A stretch of DNA of 64,000 nucleotides from Nitrospirota bacterium (GTDB lineage: Bacteria; Nitrospirota; Thermodesulfovibrionia; Thermodesulfovibrionales; JdFR-85), in NCBI GenBank assembly GCA_015484595.1, contig WFMM01000008.1, positions 288 to 64,287 on the forward strand, written 5' to 3'. Of the stretch, positions 37,984-46,213 are shown piece after piece. Below the pieces are notes generated by a model. It had not been told where the DNA came from, did no database searches, and worked only from the letters and a program-made list of their open reading frames with translations. Numbering within the stretch: the stretch's first letter is position 1; each line of letters starts with the position of its first letter. A program made the translations under genes and the position numbers.

Positions 37984-38760
37984 ATGGCTGTAAACGAGAT
38001 CGTGAGAATGTATGAAGACCTCAATCGGGCTTTAAAGAAACCGGTTGAGAAGAGGTCATGGGTTATGGTCATTGATGTTAGGCGTTGTGTTGGTGACCAT
38101 GCCTGCGCCGTAAGTTGTATGGCAGAAAATGTCTGCCCACCTGGGACATCCTACCGCTGGGTTTTTGAAACCGAATATCAGAATTATCCAAAACTTGACA
38201 GGTTTTTTATGCCTGCTAACTGCCAGCACTGTGACAACCCACCCTGTCTTAAGGCTGCAAACAGACACAAAAGGGGTGCAATCACAAAAAGGCCTGACGG
38301 AATCGTGGTCTTTGACTATGAAAAACTCTCTCGTAGTTCTTCAGCCATGGATGCTGCAAAGAAGGCATGCCCCTACTATGCAATAGTTGATGACAGGGGC
38401 GACTACTATACAGAAAACACCCCAAAGCTCGAGCCCTATGAGACCAGGACATTCTTTGAATATGACAGAAAACTAAACAGAAAAAAGACAAAGGGAACTA
38501 TCCGTAAATGCCACTTCTGCCTTCACAGGCTTGAAAGCGGGATGATACCTGCCTGTGTGTCCACCTGTATCGGAAGGGCCATGTACTTTGGTGACCTTAA
38601 TGATCCCAGGTCACTGGTGTCTGAACTTATCAGGAAGGAAAAGACGCTCAGGCTGAAAGAGGCAGAGGGAACAAAACCGAGGGTTTACTACATTGGTTTT
38701 AAGGACAGGGCAAACATATCAATTAGCACACCGGCTACATGCCAGGTATGCCATCAATAA
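37984..38760 (+). CDS. Fe-S (ferredoxin-type) electron-transfer subunit of a molybdopterin oxidoreductase; variant of the DmsB/PsrB/TtrB family
   Basis: 258 aa. Cys groups CVGDHACAVSC, CQHCDNPPC, ..ACPYYA, CHFC...PACVSTC, then MYFGDLNDP. Ends in CQVCHQ. RBS AAGGAGG. Confidence 0.85.
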   Translation: MAVNEIVRMYEDLNRALKKPVEKRSWVMVIDVRRCVGDHACAVSCMAENVCPPGTSYRWVFETEYQNYPKLDRFFMPANCQHCDNPPCLKAANRHKRGAITKRPDGIVVFDYEKLSRSSSAMDAAKKACPYYAIVDDRGDYYTENTPKLEPYETRTFFEYDRKLNRKKTKGTIRKCHFCLHRLESGMIPACVSTCIGRAMYFGDLNDPRSLVSELIRKEKTLRLKEAEGTKPRVYYIGFKDRANISISTPATCQVCHQ

Positions 38761-38773
38761 ATAGGAGGTGTGT

Positions 38774-41700
38774 ATGGCTGAAAAGGACAAATCCTGTAAG
38801 ATTTCCGAGATGCTTGAATCAATACCTCAAAAAGAGGTCACCAGAAGGGGGCTTCTGAAGGCAGGTGCACTGCTTGGAAGTTCTGCCTTCCTGATGGGAA
38901 AGGTGGAGAAGGCCTTTGGACTGCTTGCCTCTGCTGAGGCTGCAACAGGTGGTGACTATCCACTTGCAAAGGCAGAAAATGTTATCTATTCTGTCTGCCT
39001 GCAGTGCCATACAGCCTGCCCTATAAAGGTGAAAATACTGGATGGCGTTGCAGTAAAGATAGACGGCAATCCCTACTCTGCCCAGAACATGATACCCAAC
39101 CTCAAGCAGAAGACCTCTCCCCATGTGGCAGCAAAGATTGATGCAAAGATCTGTCCCAAGGGGCAAGCTGGAGTTCAGAGCCTTTATGACCCCTACAGGA
39201 TAGTGAAGGTTCTTAAGAGGAAGGGCCCCAGGGGCTCAAACAAGTGGGAGGTCATCTCCTTTGACCAGGCAATTGATGAGATTGTAAACGGTGGTTATCT
39301 ATTTAAACACATCGGAGAAAACCGTTATGTGCCAGGACTCAAGGATATCTATGCCCTTCGTGACCCCAAGCTCTCAAAGGCCATGGCAAAGGATGCAAAG
39401 GCAGTGGCAAAGGGCAAGATGTCGGTAAGTGACTTTAAGAAGAAGTACAAAAACCACCTTGATGTGCTCATAGACCCCAACCACCCCGACCTTGGGCCAA
39501 AGAACAACCAGTTTGTGCTTCAGTTTGGCCGAATTGAGCACGGCAGAAAGGAGCTATGGAAGAGGTTTCTTGCAGGTGGCTTTGGCTCTGTGAATTACTA
39601 CGAACATACAACCATCTGTGAGCAGTCCCACCACATTGCCTACAAGGAGGCAACCCGTCAGCCCAAGGGTGGTAAGTGGGGAAAACCAAAATCAGAGCAC
39701 ATGAAACCAGATGCACTTAACGCCGAGTTTGCCATCTATTTCGGAACAGGTTTTGTTGAAGCAAACTTTGGCCCACCAAACATGGCTGAGAAGGTTACAG
39801 AGGGACTCCAGACAGGAAGGCTCAAGGTATGTGTTGTAGACCCCAGGATGTCCAAGTCTGCTGCAAAGGCATGGAAGTGGTTGCCTGTAAAGCCAGGCAC
39901 TGACGCTGCACTGATAATGGGAATGATAAGGTGGATAATTGAAAACAAACGGTATGATGAAAGATTCCTCTCAGCAGCAAACAAGGCTGCAGCAAAGGCT
40001 GCCGGTGAGTCATCCTGGACCAATGCAGCTCATCTTGTAAAGATTGAAAAGGATGGCCCTGGAGCACTGCTGAGGGCAAAGGACATCGGAATGGGTGGAG
40101 ATGAGTTTGTGGTGGTCAAAAACGGAGAGCCTGTGGTTGTTGGAAAGGATGCAGTTACAGGCGACCTTGACTACTCTGGCACCATAAAGGGCATCAGGGT
40201 TAAAACAGCCTTCAGGATACTGAAGGACGAGGCATTCTCAAAGAGCCTCTCCGAGTGGTCAGAGATATGCGGCATACCTGAAAACGACATCATAGATGTG
40301 GCAAGGGAGTTTACCGCTCATGGTAAGAAGGCTGCTGCAGATATGTATCGTGGAGCAGTTCAGCACACAAATGGCTACTATAATGGTCAGGCCGTTATTG
40401 CCCTTAACCTGCTTATTGGAAGCATTGACCACAAGGGTGGCCTCAGTAAGGGTGGTGGTCACTGGCATGAAGACGGTGGAAAACTGAAGAAACCCTTTTA
40501 CCTCAAGAAACTACACCCGAACAAGCTCCATGCCTTCGGGCACAAGCTCACAAGGGAGAAATCAAGATACGAGGACTCCACACTGTTTAAGAGAGATGGT
40601 GGCTATCCTGCAAGACGGCCATGGTTCCCATTTACTGGTAATGTATATCAGGAGATCCTGCCCTCTGCTGCCGATGGATACCCCTATCCAATCAAGGCAC
40701 TCTGGATACACAAAGGCACCCCTGCCCTTTCCATACCTGCTGCCAATGAGCAGGCAAGGATACTGGCAGACCCAAATATCATACCCCTTGTGTTTGCAAC
40801 AGACATAGTGATTGGCGATACCACCATGTATGCTGATTATATCTTCCCCGATACGGCGATATGGGAGCGCTGGGGAACTCCTCATACCAGCCCTGATGTG
40901 TTACAGGTCTCATCAAAGTTCCGCCAGCCCACCATAACGCCACTTACAGAGGTGGTGGAGGTGTTTGGTGAGAAACAGCACTGCTCGATGGAGGCAGTGA
41001 TGTTTGCCATTGCCGAGCGGCTCAAACTTCCTGGTTTTGGTAAAAATGGATTCGGAAACGGATACGACCTTACCCGTCCTGAAGACTGGTACCTCAAACT
41101 GGCAGCCAATCTTGCCTGGGGCGACAAGCCTGGTCAGGAAGTGCCTGATGCCTCAAGGGATGAGATAAAACTCTTCATGAGGGCTCGAAGGCACATGGCA
41201 AAGACCGTGTTTGACCCTGAAAGGTGGGAAAGGGCTGCTGGAAAGGAGAACTGGCGGAAGGTGATTTATCTTCTTAACCGTGGTGGAAGATGGGAAGACT
41301 GGAAGGATGACTTCCTTGGCTCAGGCATGCAGGTGCACAGATTTGGTAAACAGTTTAACATCTATGCAGAGCATGTGGCACTTCAGAGACACTCACTTAC
41401 AGGAAAGCGTTTCTCAGGCATAGCTATTTACGAGCCTCCAAAGGATGCAGCAGGAAGGGTGATTGACGACAGTGGATACCCGCTTCAGCTCATCACATAC
41501 AAGGACATCCTTGGTGGACAGTCAAGGACACTACCAACAGACTACTGGCTCAGTTCAATACTGCCAGAAAACTACATACTGATCAACACAGAGACTGCTG
41601 CAAAACTTGGATTCAAGGACGGAGACAAAGCAAAGATAATATCTGCTTCCTGTAGAGACGGGAAATGGCATCTTCCCAATCGTGGAACTAAGGGCGTAAT

Positions 41701-41956
41701 CGGAAAGATAAAGACAGTGGAAGGTATGAGACCAGGTGTTGTGGCGGTTTCATGGCATTACGGTCACTGGGGCTATGGTGCCTCTGATACTGTGATTGAT
41801 GGTAAGGTGATAAAGGGCGATCCAAGAAGGGCAACAGGCCTCTGCCCTAATGCAGTATTGAGGGTAGACCCTGCACTTGGAAATGCCTGTATGACAGACC
41901 CCATTGGTGGCTCTTCATCTTTCTATGATACAAAGGTGAAACTGCTCAAGGCATAA
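38774..41956 (+). CDS. Tat-exported molybdopterin (bis-PGD) oxidoreductase catalytic subunit of about 1,060 aa, Ttr/Psr/Arr-like, substrate unknown
   Basis: The track ORF starts at GTG 38768; ATG 38774 has better AGGAGG spacing. Twin-arginine signal VTRRGLLKAGALLGSSAFLMG, FS0 motif CLQCHTAC...CPKG, candidate Mo-ligand Cys in HTTICEQSHH. Continuous ORF with no in-frame TGA. Confidence 0.85.
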   Translation: MAEKDKSCKISEMLESIPQKEVTRRGLLKAGALLGSSAFLMGKVEKAFGLLASAEAATGGDYPLAKAENVIYSVCLQCHTACPIKVKILDGVAVKIDGNPYSAQNMIPNLKQKTSPHVAAKIDAKICPKGQAGVQSLYDPYRIVKVLKRKGPRGSNKWEVISFDQAIDEIVNGGYLFKHIGENRYVPGLKDIYALRDPKLSKAMAKDAKAVAKGKMSVSDFKKKYKNHLDVLIDPNHPDLGPKNNQFVLQFGRIEHGRKELWKRFLAGGFGSVNYYEHTTICEQSHHIAYKEATRQPKGGKWGKPKSEHMKPDALNAEFAIYFGTGFVEANFGPPNMAEKVTEGLQTGRLKVCVVDPRMSKSAAKAWKWLPVKPGTDAALIMGMIRWIIENKRYDERFLSAANKAAAKAAGESSWTNAAHLVKIEKDGPGALLRAKDIGMGGDEFVVVKNGEPVVVGKDAVTGDLDYSGTIKGIRVKTAFRILKDEAFSKSLSEWSEICGIPENDIIDVAREFTAHGKKAAADMYRGAVQHTNGYYNGQAVIALNLLIGSIDHKGGLSKGGGHWHEDGGKLKKPFYLKKLHPNKLHAFGHKLTREKSRYEDSTLFKRDGGYPARRPWFPFTGNVYQEILPSAADGYPYPIKALWIHKGTPALSIPAANEQARILADPNIIPLVFATDIVIGDTTMYADYIFPDTAIWERWGTPHTSPDVLQVSSKFRQPTITPLTEVVEVFGEKQHCSMEAVMFAIAERLKLPGFGKNGFGNGYDLTRPEDWYLKLAANLAWGDKPGQEVPDASRDEIKLFMRARRHMAKTVFDPERWERAAGKENWRKVIYLLNRGGRWEDWKDDFLGSGMQVHRFGKQFNIYAEHVALQRHSLTGKRFSGIAIYEPPKDAAGRVIDDSGYPLQLITYKDILGGQSRTLPTDYWLSSILPENYILINTETAAKLGFKDGDKAKIISASCRDGKWHLPNRGTKGVIGKIKTVEGMRPGVVAVSWHYGHWGYGASDTVIDGKVIKGDPRRATGLCPNAVLRVDPALGNACMTDPIGGSSSFYDTKVKLLKA

Positions 41957-41968
41957 AAAACACAATAA

Positions 41969-42008
41969 CAGAGAGAGGGTAATCCTTTGCCCTCTCTCTG
42001 TTAAATTT
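41969..42008 (+). terminator. Strong hairpin / intrinsic terminator after the Mo-enzyme gene
   Basis: cagagagaggg-taatcctttg-ccctctctctg (perfect 11-bp stem, 41969-41979 / 41990-42000), followed by ttaaattt. Confidence 0.6.
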
Positions 42009-42407
42009 ATGCAAACTTTGAAGGAGGACCTTAACATTAACATACTGGTTCTTGATGACGAGGCTTCAATTGTATCGACCCTTTTGCAATACCTTCATAA
42101 GAGAGGTTACGATATTGTTGGCACTACGAATCCTGATCTTGCTGAGTCCATAATACTTACAGGCTGTGTGGACTTCTTACTGCTTGATATAAACCTCGGG
42201 TGCACCACAGGCATTGAACTTTACAGAAGGGTAAAGGAAAAGGGCTTTAAAGGAAAGGTGCTTTTTATCACTGCCTATGACATAGGAGATTATCAGGAAG
42301 AACTGAATGCCATTGGGGTAAACCATGTCATTCAAAAACCCTTTCAATTATATACAGTGGTTGAAATGATACAGAAGATCGCCAGTAAGGAGGTTAAACA
42401 GGGTTAG
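42009..42407 (+). CDS. Stand-alone response-regulator receiver domain (CheY-like)
   Basis: 132 aa. ILVLDDE acidic pocket, phospho-acceptor in LLLDINL, conserved T (FITAY) and K (QKPF). The start is uncertain: ATG 42009 has no SD, and a strong AAGGAGG lies inside codons 5-7. Confidence 0.75.
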   Translation: MQTLKEDLNINILVLDDEASIVSTLLQYLHKRGYDIVGTTNPDLAESIILTGCVDFLLLDINLGCTTGIELYRRVKEKGFKGKVLFITAYDIGDYQEELNAIGVNHVIQKPFQLYTVVEMIQKIASKEVKQG

Positions 42408-42441
42408 CGGAGGGCATACTTTTTTCCGAAAGGTAAAAAAA

Positions 42442-42774
42442 ATGGAGACATCCGTTGCTTTTTCACAGAGGTTAAAGGAGACTAAAAAATTGAAGACAAC
42501 CCTCGTTGTTAACGAAACAGTTATACCCCTTAACGAGTTTGTACAGACCTATATTGGTAATGTATTAAGGGCCATGGTCTTGAGCCTCGGTTTTGAGGCA
42601 GAGAGGGTGCATCTCTTTATAGAATCAGGAGATATAAAGATATATGCTGATGATGAACCGGTCCCCCTGAGAAAGGACTTTGTAAAACTCCTTTTAGAAA
42701 GCACCATTAAGGGAGTGCTTTCGCCACTTAAAGGAATCTTCTGGCTTGAGAGAATAACCATAATGACCGAGTAA
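42442..42774 (+). CDS. Hypothetical 110-aa protein (no family recognised)
   Basis: An ORF with plausible codon usage and no TM or signal sequence. Follows the receiver gene after a 34-nt gap. Confidence 0.4.
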   Translation: METSVAFSQRLKETKKLKTTLVVNETVIPLNEFVQTYIGNVLRAMVLSLGFEAERVHLFIESGDIKIYADDEPVPLRKDFVKLLLESTIKGVLSPLKGIFWLERITIMTE

Positions 42775-42948
42775 AAATTTTTATACCGCTATGCATATTT
42801 GTCATAGCGATATATCTATAAAATATTAAGAAAAACCAAAGGATTTTACCGACTCAGGTCGGGAATAAATTTTACTGAAAATGTTAATAATTATGAGAAA
42901 TGAATATATAAATTTAAATAATAGAAATAATATAAATAATATTCATTG

Positions 42949-42979
42949 TTGACAAAGGAATTCTTATTGGTGTATAAAT
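42949..42979 (+). promoter_or_regulatory. Sigma-70-type promoter of the nuo operon (candidate)
   Basis: TTGACA (42949-42954), an 18-nt spacer, then tgTATAAAt (42971-42979). The nuoA ATG (42986) lies 7 nt after the -10 element and no SD is visible. Confidence 0.5.
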
Positions 42980-42985
42980 TAAGCC

Positions 42986-43357
42986 ATGCCTGGTACATAC
43001 TTACCAGAAAGCTATTTACCTATCTTTATTTTTATCATCATCGCCACCCTTTTCGGGCTTGGTGCCCTGCTAATCGGTGAAATAGTCCGTCTCAGAAGAC
43101 CCTATCATGAAAAGCTCATGCCCTATGAATCAGGCATTGACCCTGTTGGTGAGCCAAGGGTAAGGTTTTCTATCAGGTTCTATGTTATTGCAATGTTATT
43201 TGTCGTGTTCGATGTGGAGGCTATATTCCTTTATCCCTGGGCAGTGGTGTTTGATAAAATCGGGCTTTACGCCTTTGTAGAGATGGTAATCTTTATAATA
43301 ATCCTCTTTGTTGGATACATATACGCCTGGAAGAAGGATGCCTTTCAGTGGGAGTAG
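42986..43357 (+). CDS. nuoA: NADH-quinone oxidoreductase subunit A
   Basis: 123 aa, three TM helices. The PYESGIDPVG motif is typical of NuoA/ND3. Confidence 0.92.
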   Translation: MPGTYLPESYLPIFIFIIIATLFGLGALLIGEIVRLRRPYHEKLMPYESGIDPVGEPRVRFSIRFYVIAMLFVVFDVEAIFLYPWAVVFDKIGLYAFVEMVIFIIILFVGYIYAWKKDAFQWE

Positions 43358-43360
43358 GCT

Positions 43361-43888
43361 ATGAGCATGATAGTTGATACAACCACAACGCTGGTTGAGG
43401 TAGAAGAGGGGGTAAAGATAATCCCCGGTGCCAACACCATTATCACCACCCTTGACAAAATAATAAACTGGGGAAGGTACTCATCACTATGGCCTGTCAC
43501 CTTTGGTCTTGCCTGCTGTGCCATTGAGATGATGACCACAGGGTCAAGTCATTATGACCTTGACCGTCTTGGCATAATCTTCCGTGGCTCGCCACGACAG
43601 GCAGACTTTATGATAGTTGCAGGAACGGTTACAAAGAAGATGGCGCCTATAGTAAGGAGGGTTTACGACCAGATGCCCGAGCCCAAGTATGTAATATCCA
43701 TGGGAAGCTGTGCATGCTCGGGTGGGATATTTCGCTCCTACAGCACTGTGCAGGGCTGTGACAGCTTCCTGCCAGTGGATGTCTATGTGCCTGGCTGTCC
43801 GCCAAGGCCTGAGGCACTGATGCACGGGATTGTGAAGCTACAGGAGAAGATCAGGAAGGAGAGGATGCGTTGGAGCCGCTGGAGATAG
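43361..43888 (+). CDS. nuoB: NADH-quinone oxidoreductase subunit B
   Basis: 175 aa. [18 protein letters not shown] and PGCPPRPE are the N2 cluster ligands. Confidence 0.95.
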   Translation: MSMIVDTTTTLVEVEEGVKIIPGANTIITTLDKIINWGRYSSLWPVTFGLACCAIEMMTTGSSHYDLDRLGIIFRGSPRQADFMIVAGTVTKKMAPIVRRVYDQMPEPKYVISMGSCACSGGIFRSYSTVQGCDSFLPVDVYVPGCPPRPEALMHGIVKLQEKIRKERMRWSRWR

Positions 43889-44403
43889 CCCAGAAGATAA
43901 AGGAGAGGTTTCCTGAAGAGGTAAAGGACATAAGAGAATTCAGAGGACAGGTCTCGGTAACAGTAAAGAGGGAGAGGATTGTAGAGATCTGTCGCTGGCT
44001 TCATGACGAGCCAGAGCTTGATTTTGACATGCTAAAAGACCTCTGCGGGGTGGACTACCTCGGTAAAAAGCCCATCCGTTTTGAGGTGGTCTATACCCTT
44101 TACAGCATGAATCACCACCACATGATAAGACTGAAGGCCGAGGTGCCAGAGGAGGACCCTGAGATAGACTCGGTTATAGAAGTGTGGCGTGGTGCTGACT
44201 GGCATGAGCGTGAGTGTTACGACATGTTTGGGATAAAGTTCAGGGGCCATCCAGACCTTAGAAGGATCCTGCTTCCAGAGGACTGGGAGGGACACCCACT
44301 AAGAAAGGACTATCCTGAAAAGGGGCCCGAAAAGGAGTGGAAGGGCTTTCAGGATGTGCTTGATACAGCCAGGAGATTACAGGAGTATGTATGGAAAGGG
44401 TAG
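43870..44403 (+). CDS. nuoC: NADH-quinone oxidoreductase subunit C
   Basis: 177 aa. [36 protein letters not shown]. Confidence 0.93.
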   Translation: MEPLEIAQKIKERFPEEVKDIREFRGQVSVTVKRERIVEICRWLHDEPELDFDMLKDLCGVDYLGKKPIRFEVVYTLYSMNHHHMIRLKAEVPEEDPEIDSVIEVWRGADWHERECYDMFGIKFRGHPDLRRILLPEDWEGHPLRKDYPEKGPEKEWKGFQDVLDTARRLQEYVWKG

Positions 44404-45587
44404 AAAAACCCCTTCAGACTAAAGAGATTACCCTTAACATGGGGCCACAGCACCCATCAACCCATGGGGTGCTCAGGCTGGTTTTAGAGCTTGATGGTGA
44501 GACCGTTGTAAAGTGCACCCCCTATGTGGGTTATCTCCACAGGGGTATAGAAAAGCTCTCCGAGGGAATGACCTACATGCAGGCTCTTCCACTTACAGAC
44601 CGTCTTGACTACATCTCATCAATGGCCAACAATGTGGGCTACTGCCTTGCAGTGGAAAGGCTCTTTGGCATAGAGGCACCGGAGAGGGCTAAATTCATAA
44701 GAACCATGGTCTGCGAGATGACCCGTATTTCAAGCCACATCATCTGGCTTGGAACCCATGCCCTTGACCTTGGTGCCATGACGCCCTTTCTGTATTCCTT
44801 CAGGGAAAGGGAGTGGATACTTGACCTCTTTGAAAAGCTCTGTGGTGCAAGGCTTACGGTGAGTTATCCAAGGATAGGGGGCGTAAGAAACGATGTCTCC
44901 CAGGAGTTTCTTGACAGCCTTTATAAGTTTACCGAGGAGTTTCCAAGAAGGATAGAGGAGTACGAGACCCTCATTGACCAGAACCGTATATGGTTAAAAA
45001 GGACAAAGGGCATAGGGGTTATCTCGGCTGAGGAGGCAATAAACTGGGGGCTTACAGGCCCCACATTAAGGGGCTCGGGTGTTAATTACGACATAAGAAA
45101 GAAATTCCCCTACGATGCCTATGATAGGGTTGAGTTTGATGTGCCCCTCGGGAAAAATGGCGATGTCTACGACCGTTACCGTTGCAGGATGGAGGAGCTA
45201 AGGCAATCGACCAGGATAATCAGACAGTGCATAGAAAAACTGCCCGAAGGGCCGATTATGGCACCTGATGCGCCCAAGTTTACCCTTCCACCAAAAGACA
45301 GGGTGCTTGCAGACATGGAATCACTTATTCATCACTTTGTGCTCATAACAAAGGGACCAATGGCCGCCCCTGAAGGTGAGATATATGTGGCAACCGAGGT
45401 GCCAAAGGGTGAGCTTGGTTTTTACATCGTAAGTGACGGCACGGGAAGGCCCTACAGGATGAGGGTGAGGGCTCCAAGTTTTGTGCATGCCTCGGTTCTG
45501 CCGAGGCTATGTGAGGGTGGACTTGTGGCTGATGTGATAGCAAACATCGGAACCATTGACATCGTGCTTGGAGAGTGTGATAGGTGA
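44391..45587 (+). CDS. nuoD: NADH-quinone oxidoreductase subunit D
   Basis: 398 aa. [16 protein letters not shown], and the C-terminus DIVLGECDR. Confidence 0.96.
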   Translation: MERVEKPLQTKEITLNMGPQHPSTHGVLRLVLELDGETVVKCTPYVGYLHRGIEKLSEGMTYMQALPLTDRLDYISSMANNVGYCLAVERLFGIEAPERAKFIRTMVCEMTRISSHIIWLGTHALDLGAMTPFLYSFREREWILDLFEKLCGARLTVSYPRIGGVRNDVSQEFLDSLYKFTEEFPRRIEEYETLIDQNRIWLKRTKGIGVISAEEAINWGLTGPTLRGSGVNYDIRKKFPYDAYDRVEFDVPLGKNGDVYDRYRCRMEELRQSTRIIRQCIEKLPEGPIMAPDAPKFTLPPKDRVLADMESLIHHFVLITKGPMAAPEGEIYVATEVPKGELGFYIVSDGTGRPYRMRVRAPSFVHASVLPRLCEGGLVADVIANIGTIDIVLGECDR

Positions 45588-45590
45588 AAA

Positions 45591-45739
45591 CAGGGGGTAG
45601 GCAGTAGGGAATAGGGAACAGGGTGTAATTAGTGTTGAGTGTTGAATTTTGAGTGTTGAGTTAGTCTTTTTTATTAAACACTAAAAACTATGCACTCAAC
45701 ACTAAAAACTACTCCCTACACGCTACACCCTACACCCTG
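45591..45739. repeat. Repeat family R1, copy 4, inserted between nuoD and nuoE
   Basis: cagggggtaggcagtagggaatagggaacagggtgtaattagtgttgagtgttgaattttgagtgttgagttagtcttttttattaaacactaaaaactatgcactcaacactaaaaactactccctacacgctacaccctacaccctg. Confidence 0.85.
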
Positions 45740-45752
45740 ATAATTAAGGACT

Positions 45753-46208
45753 ATGGCATTTATGGAAGAGATAAAGGAGATACTGAAGAGATACCCTGAC
45801 AGAAGGGGGGCTCTGCTTCCGACCCTGTATATTATGCAGCGAGAGTATGGCTGGCTCAGTCAGGAGGCACTTCAGGCTGCAGCAGATGCACTGAACCTGC
45901 CGCCTGCCACTGTTAAGGGTGTGGCCACCTTTTATGCCATGTACAGACATAAACCAATGGGGCGACATCTGATCCAGCTATGCACCAATGTGGCCTGTAT
46001 GATAATGGGAGCCGAGCGGCTGGTTGACCTTCTAAAGGAGCGTTATGGGCTTGAACCAGGCGGCACAACAGAGGACGGCAGATTCTCACTTGTTATAATG
46101 GAATGCATCGGTGCCTGCGACCGTGCACCTGCCATGCTTGTGGATACAGACTTTCATGCTGACCTGAATGAGCAGAACCTCTTTGAGATTCTGGAGCAAT
46201 ACAAGTAG
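45753..46208 (+). CDS. nuoE: NADH-quinone oxidoreductase subunit E
   Basis: 151 aa. 2Fe-2S ligands in QLCTNVACMIMG and MECIGACDRAPAM. Confidence 0.94.
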   Translation: MAFMEEIKEILKRYPDRRGALLPTLYIMQREYGWLSQEALQAAADALNLPPATVKGVATFYAMYRHKPMGRHLIQLCTNVACMIMGAERLVDLLKERYGLEPGGTTEDGRFSLVIMECIGACDRAPAMLVDTDFHADLNEQNLFEILEQYK

Positions 46209-46213
46209 GAGAT

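Noticed and set aside
38774-41956. Possible selenocysteine in the Mo enzyme, given selB and fdhD in the window.
   Set aside because: The ORF is continuous with no in-frame TGA, and the candidate Mo ligand is a Cys codon. I found no pair of same-frame ORFs split by a single TGA elsewhere in the window.
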